NCBI GenBank assembly: GCA_903813345.2
Contig: CAIIXF020000001.1
Span: 3,348,001 to 3,412,000, forward strand
Direction: 5' to 3'
DNA: 64,000 nt
Source: Owenia fusiformis
Taxonomy: Eukaryota
A program made the translations under genes and the position numbers. The number at the start of each line of letters is the position of its first letter. Positions within the stretch are counted from its first letter, which is position 1. This document shows positions 1-13,100 of the stretch, piece by piece. Under the pieces are notes generated by a model that searched no databases, was not told the origin of the DNA, and saw only the letters and a program-made list of their open reading frames with translations.

Positions 1-283
1 TGGAAATCAAAAGATAACAATTATTTGAAGTTACATGGGGGGTGGGTAAAAATCATTTCACTACTCTAAATCTGAAATTATCATACACATGCATATGCAT
101 GTATTTTCAAGATTGATCATTCATATTTATCCATTACTCAATTTCAATACATGTACATGTGTATAGATGCACTTTGTTAATGTAAGTGGAATCATGCCAT
201 TGCCTTCATAATGTCACAATGTACTCAATGAGGTTTTATTATATGTTAAAATATTGAAAAGAAAATCTACATGCTATTTAATA

Positions 284-1145
284 TACAATAGAACCTGTGT
301 AAGTGGAACACCCTCCGTTCTGCCAAAAAGCGTTCCACTTAGGAGGTGTTCCACTTACGGAGGTTTTGGGTTTGCGGGGATTTAACGAACATACAAGATT
401 AAATATAGAGTTGATATGTATCACTGAAAATAAGATTCTCCGATCATTGCAAGGCAGCTATATAGCATTAATTATCCATTTGTTTTACTCAAAAAGGTAT
501 CTGACATTCTAAATCCTCCTCATTCTGCCAAAAATGTTTTCTGACATTCTCAATCCTCCTCATTCTGCCAGTCTCAGACACTAAGATAAGGCAATTAAGT
601 TTTAAAGACTCGTTCCTAATGCTAATAATTCTTTTGTTTTTTAACTGACATTCTTAAGCTTACTTATTAAGTATGAAACAAACAGCAAGAGGTAAGAGGC
701 AAGAGCACCACATGTCCATCTCTTAATCCAATTTGCTGAATGATAATCTTATGAAATTCTAATTTGCTAATTATCAAATTAATTAGTGGTAGCATCACAT
801 GTTGATCTCTACAGGAGGTTAATCCAATTGACTATATGGTAATCCATTAAAATCCTAATTTGCCAATTATCACGTTATTACCTGTTTTTATACCCAGGTA
901 TCACTGTTGGAGGTTAATTTTGTTTACATAAGTATCACTATTGAAATTTATGGAAAATTGACTGTTCCACTTAGCAGGTTAATTTGTCAATATGGGGTGT
1001 TCACTGTTCAAGTTTGGAGGTGTTCCACTTACAGAGGTTCAATTAACATTAAGTCAATGGGTTTTTAAAACGGGACTTTGAAAAAGGGTTCCACTTGCGA
1101 GGTGTTCCACTTACGGAGATGTTCCACTTAGCAGGTTCTACTGTA
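284..1145. mobile_element. Non-autonomous Tc1/mariner/pogo-like MITE
   Basis: TA-flanked inverted ends tacaatagaacctg / caggttctactgta, with multiple subterminal GGTGTTCCACTTA motifs. Shorter relatives lie at about 30671-30839 and 39284-39452. Confidence 0.7.
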
Positions 1146-1155
1146 CTATGATTAC

Positions 1156-4100
1156 CTTCTTTCACAAGGTCAGCAAGCAGACCAGACCACTCCTGGCGAA
1201 ACATGTTAGCTCCTGTGAGACTTCCATCTCCACCAATCACAACAAGGTTTGTAATGTTCTTCTGGATGAGATTATACGCTGCCTTCTTGCGACCTTCACG
1301 TTCGCGAAATTCCTTACAACGAGCACTACCAATGATTGTGCCTCCCTGGAATCATGATAATATTTTGTTTTATATGAGGAAATATGAGGAAGTTTTAGTT
1401 TTCAGGATTAGAAATTTCTAATTTAGAGGGAACATTTCCCTAGCTCTATACCTCAATGCACAAAGCAGTATGCTGTTTATATATTTAAATGAAATGCTCT
1501 ACAATTACTAGCTTATGACAGCTTGGGCTTACCCTTTGAATAATATCCGAGACACTTTTCCAATGAGCTTCAACAATATTGTCTCCTCCATCAACCATGC
1601 CTTGGTAGCCCTACAATATCATTAAGATTAAGTACATCATGATGTATAAGAATTCATACAGGAACAGTCTACCATTTATCAAGTCTCTTTGAATGGGATC
1701 ATGAACACATACATGTATTATTTAATTTATTTACAGAATTAACTTTATACAGAAAGAAATCTAATTATGGTTAAAGAGGTAAAATTGATACAATTAGTAT
1801 AATAAGAACTTCATATAAAAGTTTTAACAGTAGATAGTCTTGCATAAAGCCTTTGTTATACCCCCCCCCGCCCCCCTACATATTTTGAGGTGGCAGGTAA
1901 ATGGGGTGGTACAAAGACTTGATGCAAGGGTAATCTTTACAATTACCAAATTAGCAAAATATCACAATATTCAATTTTTAGGATTTGTAATTAGTGATTT
2001 ACTAGACTTAGATTTACTAGACTACATGTGACTACTATAGAAAACAGAACATAAAGAACAATGTGCCATGCATTCACACTACTGATTAGTATAAATAAAT
2101 AAATTACCTATTTTATATATCTAAAACATGCAAGAGCTAGAGGAGAAGAAGTTTTAATTAAGTAAAATCAAAATTCAAAAAATTATATAACAAAACAGTA
2201 AGACAGATTAACAAAAAAAAAAAAAAATTATGATTAACAGATTAACTTATACAGTTGTACTGGCCAGCACACTGGTTTGAATTAAAGAAATACAAGGTTC
2301 TTAATTTGCCTAAAATGGATAGAAGAGGTACATGTACTGCATTACTAAAGCAGGCAAATGATTAATAATGGCAAAAGATTAATAATGAAGAATCAAAATA
2401 GGGTGTTGATAAATGATAAATGCAGAATCAAATCATACATAACTCATCTTAAGGGTTTATCCCCACAATAAAATCATTATGATTTCTTGGTAATAAAATA
2501 TCCAAACGAGACCATTCATTAACCTACATGTTCCTGACATGTTTCGATATCACTTCAAATACTGCAAATTATTTTGACATCATTTATGATGGGTACATAT
2601 CCAGAATTGCTTATGAGAACTATGATTATCAATATGATAATTAAAGATGCATTGTCCCATTCAAGAAAATAATGCATACAGAACAAACAGAAGATTGAAT
2701 ATGTCTATTGGCTTCCTGGTCATCTCAACCCCAAGTCAACTCAACCCAGTAAAACTCAACCCCAAGTCAACTCAACCCCAAGTCAAGTCAACCCCAGTAA
2801 AACTCAACCCCAAGTCAACTCAACCCTGTAAAACTCAACCCCAGTAAAACTCAACCCCTATATTTCTATATATTGATAAACTTACAAGAAAGTTTATTTC
2901 ATAAAAATAATTTTGATTATTCAGTTTGTGATTTTCATTATTAGACCACTGCCTTTTTAGATTATAGTTAATAATGAGTTTATCTCCAAAATCTCAACAT
3001 GGTACTAATAGGATTAAAATATGGGTCATTTTATTAATCTTGCTAATACATTTGTTTTGTTGTAATCCCTATGAGGTTGACACTCGTGATTATTTGGAAA
3101 ACTGGAACATGACCATTGCTTTCCAGGGGCATAGCCAGCTTTCAGTCAGGAGGGATGCGATCGCCCAAAAAATCAGGTTTTCAGTCAGAGGGTGCCGATC
3201 GTGGCATAAGCCAGCCAAAAAATATGTTTTGACAAAAAATGATGCAACTTCCTTCAAAATTGGGAGAGGGTGTGTGCACACCCCTCCTGGCTACGCCTAT
3301 ATGCTTTCAGGCTATTAATTAGTAAATGTTAATGGTTTTGTTAATGCATGTTCATATAAATGAAAAGTTATATTACATTGTTAATTATTTCTAAATTATC
3401 TGAAATTTGATTTCAAAAGATGTCTTAAATTAAATAATCGTGACAACTTGATGAATTATCCTTGAGCTTAACCGTTTTTTGGAATACTTTTACAACTTTC
3501 TATTCAAATTATCATGCAAAATGCTAGATTTTCAGAAATGAATGACTTAAATTATTCATCATAAAAAATTAAATTAGACATTGCACAAATGAATAGGGTT
3601 GAGTTTTACTGGGGTTGAGTTTTACAGGGTTGAGTTGACTTGGGGTTGAGTTTTACTGGGGTTGACTTGACTTGGGGTCGAGTTGACTTGGGGTTGAGTT
3701 GGACTGGGTTGAGATGACTTGGGGTTGAGATGACCTGTCACCGTCTATTGTGTCTATATACAGGGTAAGTCAAAAAACACTCATGTATTTGTTTTTGAAA
3801 AGCAATCAACTGAGTTCATAAAAACATTTCCACTGAAAAATAAACATCAATTTGAATTTTTCCAAAATAGCAAAAATATGTCCTCAGGTATTTTCAATGG
3901 AAATGGTTGAAATAAACTAGGGGTTCTTTTTGTCCCACCCTGTATATGTAACAATTTTGGTAAATATATTTATGGGACTTTCTATTCTCAACGCTTCTCC
4001 ACTAGTTTTGATAAAGAAATGTGAATGGCTATATCAGATATTTTTTGACAGCCAGATTCAGCCCTAAAAAATTATGTCAACATAATAGACTGATCTGAAC

Positions 4101-7100
4101 TGGCACTGTCAAAAACACGACAGAAACATGTAGTTATAACAATTAAGTTGATTGGATATCATATCACTAAAATAGCATTGATGTGTGCTCCACAAAAATG
4201 CAAGCACCCTATTAGCCCCTAAAGCAATATTTCCATCACCATACCTCTTTGATGAAGTAAGCCTTACAGCCTAAATACACTGCCATTCTTACAGCAGCTC
4301 GCACAGCTCCATTCATGCCTAGAATATACATGAAAGGGCTGGGGATGAGTGAAGCATACAGTATAGTGCAAGGTAAAGACAGGTTGTGCCACAAGACATT
4401 AATGATCATGTGTATGTGTAATCTACCACCACCCACTGGGAATTTAACAGGCTTATATATACAAGTGAAAGGAGGACAGGTCCAGAGCCCATGGTCAAAG
4501 CTCCTTTCAAAATCATGGAGATTTTCACCATTTTGAGCACTTTTCAATTGATTTCAAGCCACTGTCATATGAGAACCCCCCTCGGAGTATTTCCTTATCC
4601 TGATGATGTTTTTTCTAATATATTTACATTCTCCATCTCCCATTTGCTTGTCACCATGTCTATGTGAGGCTGATGAATATTTCTAAGTGATAATCCCATG
4701 ATACAGTGAAGGATGTATGGATTTTTGATGTTCATTCCATAAATATTGCTCACTAACAACATCTAACATTTGCAATACATCTTATGCTGGTATTACAGTA
4801 CAATACAATACAGTACAGTACAGTACAGTACAGTACAGTACAGTACAGTACAGTACAGTACAGTACAGTACCGTACAGCAAAGTACAGTATACCATGTCA
4901 TAGAATGCAAATATCTAAGTCAAATAACAAGGATTAAAGTTTGTAATACAAAGCAGCTAGTTCTCCCTACCTCCTTTACTAGAAAGACCTTGTACTTATT
5001 GAAAATTGCCATTCTGACCACAGATCGTATTGCAGAGTTCATGCCTTGTGGCGAAAAGATGAAGAAAGAAAATTAAATTAAAATGCATATACAGTTTCAC
5101 AGTACCTGTTATAAGGAAAGGTTTAGCAATATTATAGACTATATAGTATGGTGTAAAATCTCAATAAGCAATCCAATAACATTTGTTAATTTAGTTACTT
5201 TGTAATTTTCATGTGTATCTTATTGTAATTTTGGGGCAAAAATATGAAACACTAAGTTGATTTCTTGAATCTTGTTATATCTTCATCCTCAAAGGAAATT
5301 TCGATAAAAATGTACCTGACATTTGTAAGTCAAAGATACTGTAACTTCTTAACTAACAAATGTTATTGCAAATAGCGGTATACACAGTGTAATATATATT
5401 TGCACTTTAGTTCATACTGCACATATCAATAAGAGATGTACATATATGTGTGTATGTAAACACCAAGCAGCTGTACCAGATCCAAAAGAATCTACACGAA
5501 GGGGTTGTATCAGAATATCAAATACATGCACGATGAATAATGACTGGATCTAAATACCAATATTTGAAAGGTTAACAACATATCAATTTATTTAATATAC
5601 AACTTCCAAAGTTTCCATATATGGTACATGTATACTGCTAGAGGAGGAATGTATACATGTATTTGATATTTTGACAAGACTGTTTCCCTCATCCTTGACA
5701 CTTGACTAGCAAATATGAAATAACCATATCCTGAAAAATACCTCTCTTATAAGGAAGGCTTTTGCACCAACATAAATAGCAAATCGTACAACAGCACGAA
5801 CTGCAGGGTTCATACCTGAAAACCAAAAAGTGATTTAAGAACATGACTTTGCAGTGTCAGTGTGTCACTACCTGCCATTTGTTACAGGTACAGACTGTCA
5901 AAACCATTTGTAACAGACACTGAACATCAACTGTCAAACACCATCGACAAAAGTTGGAGATTTGAAAATATTTAAAACATGGCTCTCAAACTTTTACCAA
6001 AAATTTTGCCATAAAAATGGGTCATATTTAGATGATTTTGAAAAAATAAAACAACGCGATTTAGCTTTGGTGTTTGTAACAGTGTAGTTAAAATATGTGT
6101 GTACCTGTGACATGGCACAATCAAATTGTACCTCAAGGCATCAGTTGCTCTCTGGCATCATTTGACAAGTGTAGACACACTCCTCAGAAATCTCAGAAGG
6201 AATCTCCAGGAAGTAAAGTCATTGTAGCATTACAGCAAATTATTTTTTGAGTGTAATGATCTTTGTATCTTTACACAGTGCTTTTTGCATATTAGCTAAT
6301 TCAGATGAATTAAGAAAATAAAGCGATAATAAATCTCTGATGTCAGATGACTACACTTCTGGTAAAAAATTGTGAAACCGCACCCCTCTCTGGGAAAGGT
6401 ATCTGACAGTCCTGGTAGTCAACAAAAATAATATATTTTCTTCTACCCTAGACAGAAAATGAAGACATTAAACAATCTTTTCTATATTCTTTCTACTAAG
6501 CTACTAGGTAGGGTATTTGATAGGGATGTCATGATATCCTGATATTGTCCCGTATCTCAAAACTTTGGTCTCGGGATGGGATGGGACAACCCCAATGTAC
6601 CCAAGATTTTGGTCAATGTTCAGGATATACTAATTATCCTTCACATATTGACCATAAAACTTCCGAATTACACGATGAATTATGATATAGACCAATATTT
6701 TTCTTTCCTATCTCATCTATGCCATCTAGTGGCAATTACTAAAAGTGATTATATTAAACGAAAATTTAGGAAAGAACATGTAGAGTAGTGGATAAAGGTT
6801 TATCGATAATAGAGTTTCCCTTTGAAATATGCATTAATTTAACCAGCGAGAAAAGTAGCAACTTAAAATTAATCTCAGATAACAATTTTTGTGCAACATG
6901 CACAGCCCTCTTGTAACATTCAAAAGATCCAAATGTAAGCTTACATGAGTATAACCAGAAGTAGACAAAAAATGTAAGTTGTTAAAGGTTCAATAAAGAC
7001 CATACATGTAGAAGAAATTTGGGAATCATTTTACCTTTCCCAAGCTATTAGTGCAACGTTTGGCCTAATGTCTTATTTGCCATACCTATTTTCTTAAAAT

Positions 7101-10100
7101 GTATGCACTTATCGACGAATACCACCAATCAGACTTGCAAATAGACTTCTAAATAAGCAATGGAAAGGATGGACGTCCCACATTTTGTTTTTTGAAACAT
7201 TTCTGAATCTCCGCCATTTAAGATTCTTATTGCAGCTGTGATTAGGTAAGACGGCGTGTCAGTATGTTTACAGTATAACCGCAGTTGTCTGATATAACTG
7301 TATGCATGGTACACGATATGACCGCCATTGACGGTCTATTACCGGTGACTCTTGCAGTTAGACTGGTCCACTGACGAAGAAGAATCAAAATAAATTGAAG
7401 ACTAAAACACCTCAAATCTACCCATATTCAAGGTTTTCTTGACACACGCATGGTATAAAGGAAGCAGAATGTTGGATAGAACGTTAGGTGAAAACGGGGC
7501 TGGAATCCAATGACAATATCACTGGGAAATCATTTAAAGGTACATGTACGTGAGCATTTTTTCTGTTGATGTCGGGAGAAGATTCCCGAGGATTTAGGAT
7601 GCCAGTTATTGTGAATATCGGCAGAAATTATGTACGTTCGAGGGTTTTCTTTGTAGCTAATGAAAATAGATGTTAGCCTTGATGAACTATCCAAACTTCG
7701 ATATATTTTGACACCAGGTCCATGATCGTTGGATACATGTACATCTCTGCATTCAACCTTTAACTGTTATGCTATTAACTATTTTATTGGTTATGTCATA
7801 TCCCATCCTGAATGTCCTGCCCGAAATGCCTAATTCCCATCCCCTCCCGAAATATTTTTGTCCCATGACGTCCCTGGTATTGGAATTGATCGATCCAGGG
7901 TACTACACCAAGTTCAACAGTGTCAAGATATAGGGACAGAAAATATTGACATTTTAAAAGTACCGTTTTTTTCGTTTTGTTATTATGGAAAGTCAAACAT
8001 GACTATAGATGATGTTTTATGTAGGCATTTATGTATGATACTTAACCATACTCTACGAAGAATGGATGATTTTTGTAGGCATTTATGTAGGCATTCTTAA
8101 AACACGTTACTTTGCCTTAAAAACGTTACTTTATTGGACTTTAACTTTTCTCCTCGAAGAATGGATGATTTTATATTAGCATTTTCAAAACACAGTACTT
8201 TGCCAATAAAACGTTACTTTATTGGACTTTAACTTTTCCCCACAAAGAATGTATGATTTTTTATGTAGGCATTCTTAAAACACGTTACTTTGCCTTAAAA
8301 ACGTTACTTTATAGTCGAACTTTTCTCCTCGAAGAATGGATGATTTTTAGGTAAGCATTTTCAAAACACAGTACTTTGCCAATAAAACGTTACTTTATCG
8401 GACTTTAACTTCTCCCCACAAAGAATGTATGATTTTTTATGTAGGCATTCTTAAAACACGTTACTTTGCCTTAAAAACGTTACTTTATTGGACTTTAACT
8501 TTTCTCCTCGAAGAATGGATGATTTTTAGGTAGGCATTTTCAAAACACAGTACTTTGCCGATAAAACGTTACTTTCGTGGACTCTAACTTTTCTCCTCTA
8601 AGAATGGATGATTTTTTAGGTAGGCATTTTCAAAACACAGTACTTTGCCGATAAAACGTTACTTTCGTTGACTCGCGTGGACTCTAACTGTTTCCATGCC
8701 AAGTTGTTAAAACACGTTACTTGGCCAGTTTATTCCTTCAAGTGTCGAACATTTTAGCCTTGCATTTTTAAAAAGCGTAACTTTGGCCGATTTCCGTAAC
8801 TTTCTTGTACTCTTAAGTTTTCCTCCATCGAGCGTTGGTAAATTTTAGGTAGGCATTTTCAAAAAGCGTTACTTTGGCCCTTTTCCGTTAGGCCGCGCCT
8901 GGAGAGCCTTAAAATTTAAGGCTCTCTAGCCAAAATGCTAAAGAGCCTTAAATTTTAAGGTTCTTTAGCATTTGGGGTAAAGAGCCTTAAAATTTAAGGC
9001 TCTTTAGCATTTTGATAGCCAATTCTGCTAGAGAGCCTTAAAGGAATTCCAGGCGACAGAAATGACGAAATATTGCTTCTGGGACAAGATCAAACGACTT
9101 TGACATATTCTATACCCAACCTATTTTGTAATTTAACAATCAGCACAAATATACATACCATATTAGCAGATATCGGACAAATTCAAAAAGAAATTTTTTT
9201 GCTCGATAAAATCACTGATTATTAAACCGGAAGTGACTTCTCTGAGGTCCGCGAAGATGAAGAAGAACATATAAAGATTTCAGTCATTTCAACTATTAAA
9301 CTTTGCCGTCGATTTGAATGGTTTTAAATGATCTTCTAATGCTTACTATGACTTCTATTAGTACTGTTTTGACTTCCCCACTTCATAAAAAAACATTATC
9401 ACTTTTTGCTCGACTCATAAATTTACTTCCGGTCTACCGAGAGAAATAAAAGAACCTTTTCAATCCCCAGTCTAAATTTGGCTTTTTAAAGGTTCAAACA
9501 TCTATTTTGAAAAGTTAATGTTTGTTAATTGTTTGATATTCATGCATATATATCCAAAATATATGTCTCTGGTTCACCAGAGAAGGTGTAAGACCAGGCA
9601 ATCACGTATAGCCAGAAAAATGTTATTTTTACCATTTTATCCACTATAAATCGCAACGTCCGTTTCGTAAAGATTTTGATGTACTATAGAGTCATTTATT
9701 GATGGATTGGAGGCTAGGATAAAAATGTTGTTGTTGTGTTGCATAAGCCGCTGTTTCCTCGACATTTCACCTCTTTTGTACTGTAAATTTTCTTTGTGCT
9801 GTCTCATGTGCTTAAATTCTGAGGAAGATGTAAAAATATCTTGATCGTCAAGTGAAAAATTCTAAAATCAGCATTGAAATCTAATGGGCAATAGATTTGG
9901 AAGTGTATTCTGTGATGTCCCTGCATTCACGATAAACTGCGTCAAGATGTGCTGATCTAGAAGAAACAAGATCCTTTCATCCCCAGGTCTTCATCATACT
10001 TTTTGCCATCTTAAAATGGGATTCCCTTAATTCTCGTGACTATAGCAAAGCCGATACAAGTGATTAATTTCATTAAACATTGATGATTGAGCGATGGAGC

Positions 10101-13100
10101 AAGCCCAAGAATTCTAGAAAAAATTGTGTACATAATTTCCGGACATCAGAGAACCGGGCGGACAACAAACTTCCGGCTTGTTATTCAAAATAAAAAGTGC
10201 TCCGTCGGGGAATCGAACCCACGCCGCAGAAGTGGAAAGCGAGTACCCTAACAACTATACCAGAGTGTTTTTCCATGGTGGGGCTAAATTTTTTACAACT
10301 CTATAGTGATATACATGTGTGAAATTTTTAAGTGGCATTCTTGGTTGAAAAACTTTCGAGAGTGTTGTTTTATTGTTTAGATGACGAAAACTTCAATAAA
10401 AAACAATATAAACACGGATTATAAACACAAAGGCTCTCTAGCCAAAACACTATGTTCACAGCTAAATAGCCTTAAATTTTAAGGCTCTTTAGCATTTTGG
10501 CTAAAGAGCCTTAAATTTTAAGGTACTCCAGACATTTCGTTTCCGTTACTTTCTTGGACTTAAACTTTTTTCGATGTGTAACTTGAAAATCTTGTCAGTG
10601 AGTGGTATTACTAATTATTGTAAAATATAAGATGGACCATAGTGTAAAGAGAGGCTAGTAGTGTTTTTCCATCTATTAATTCACTTATTCCACCTTGAAA
10701 ATCTTAAATTCTTGCAGAAACTTTTGTACAATGCCTAACTTTTGTTTTGGTTTGTTTTGTAGTTCGATGATCTTCCATGTTATTTTCGAAATAATAACAT
10801 GGATGAAACTCCCTAAATAGGTACAGCTTTACTGCACGTTATACCTAACTATCTGTAATATACAATAGTTACGTCTTGTACGTATGTTTATATTTTTTTC
10901 ATTTTCTGTTGCAATATGTTGGTTGCTTATTTAACGTTCAATGTACTCAATTAGGCGGTTAAAAGACCAAAGTGGATCCTTTTTCATGAATGTACGTTAA
11001 TTTATAGATTAGTTTAGCCGATAACAGTGTTGAATGACTTCAGAGTTGCAATTTTAGCGATTCATACGATAAAAGATCGATTCATCCCAAACACCCACTT
11101 TACCGGAAGGCGCTCTCTGACGTCCGCGCCATTTAGGTCACTTATAACATGGCATTATTTTTCACTTCCCTTTATTAGTACGTTTGAATGCAACCATCTT
11201 AGACATTGATGCAGCAATTTTGATCATGATCATGAAATGAAATGATCATGAACGAATAACAGATTGACAGATTGATATGTGAAAATTTGGAAGGTGTATT
11301 TTCTGATACTGAGCGACATCTTTATAAAACACAGTTTTCAATCCGACTATAAGTATGAGTAATTCATAAAGATGTCGTTCGCTTCAACTACATCTCATAA
11401 ACGTCGAACTAAATCACTAGTTTTCAAGAATTATATACACATTGTATTATTCAAAACACGAGCTAACAAACAATACAATCGTTTGCATCAGAATATCAAT
11501 GTATTTTTCCATTTAATATTGCACTGTTGTCTTTTGATTGCTTTTTATCGACTGACGGAGACAAAACTGAAGTTCGTCAAAATGCGATTCAAAATCATCT
11601 ATTGAGTACTTTGAATTTCAAAAATAAGCAATCAAATGACCATATTGCAACAATATTTGGAGAAATAGAAACCTCTGTACAAGGCCTAACTTTAGTATTT
11701 CAGATAGTTACAGCAAACGTTTGGCATTCAGTAATTTATTGAGTTTCATCCATGTTAATTTTTCGTGTCGAAAATGTCATGGCAGAGAAGCATCGAAATA
11801 TAAGAGGCCACACATATGATAGCTAACTACAAAACAAACCAAAATATACAAAAGTTAGGCCTCGTACAATTGTTTCTACTTTTACAAAATACTGTTCAAT
11901 ATCGTCCTTTGATTCCTTATTTTTTACATTCAAAATACTCAATCGGGCAAAAAAGTTTAAGTCCAAGAAAGTAACGGAAAAGGGCCAAAGTAACGCTTTT
12001 TGAAAATGCCTACCTAAATTTCACCAACGCTCGATGGAGGAAAACTAAGAGTACAAGAAAGTTACGGAAATCGGCCAAAGTAACGCTTTTTAAAAACACC
12101 AGGCTAAAATGTTCGACACTTGAAGGAATAAAGTTAAAAGTAACGTTTTACTTGCAAAGTACTGTGTTTTTAGAATGCCTACATAAAAAATCACCCATTA
12201 TTCGAGGAGAAAAGTTAAATCCACGAAAGTAACGTTTTATCGGCAAAGTACTGTGTTTTGAAAATGCCTACCTAAAAAGCATCCATTCTTCGAGGAGAAA
12301 AGTTAAAATCCAATAAAGTAACGTTTTTAAGGCAAAGTACTGTGTTTTGAAAGTGCGTGCATAAAAATCATCCATTCTTCGTGGAGATCAGTTAAAGTAC
12401 AATAAAGTAACGTTTTAAGGCAAAGTAACGTGTTTTGAAAATACCTGCATAAAAAATTATTCATTCTTCGTGGAGATCAGTTAAAGTCCAATAAAGTAAC
12501 GATTTTAAGGCAAAGTAACGTGTTTTAAAAAGGCCCTACATAAAAAACCATCCATTCTTCGTGGAGTATGGTTAAAGTCGAATAAAGTAACGTTTTACTG
12601 ACAAAGTACTGTGTTTTGAAAATGCCTAATATAAAATCATCCATTCTTCGTGGAGATCAGTTAAAGTCCAATAAAGTAACGTTTTTAAGGCAAAGTAACG
12701 TGTTTTAAGAAGGCCCTACATAAAAAACCATCCATTCTTGGTGGAGTATGGTTAAAGTCGAATAAAGTAACGTTTTACTGACAAAGTACTGTGTTTTGAA
12801 AATGCCTAATATAAAATCATCCATTCTTCGTGTAGATCAGTTAAAGTCCAATAAAGTAACGTTTTTAAGGCAAAGTAACGTGTTTTGAAAAGACTACACA
12901 AAAATTCATCCATTCTTCGTGGAGAAAAGTTAAAGTCTAATAAAGTAACGTTTTTAAGGCAAAGTACTGTGTTTTGAAAATGCCTAATATAAAATCATCC
13001 ATTCTTCGTGGAGATCAGTTAAAGTCCAATAAAGTAACGTTTTTAAGGCAAAGTAACGTGTTTTGAACAGACTACACAAAAATTCATCCATTCTTCGTGG

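Noticed and set aside
2647-2847. ORF with repeated STQPQVK/LNPK peptides
   Set aside because: It is a translation of the minisatellite arm of a transposon.
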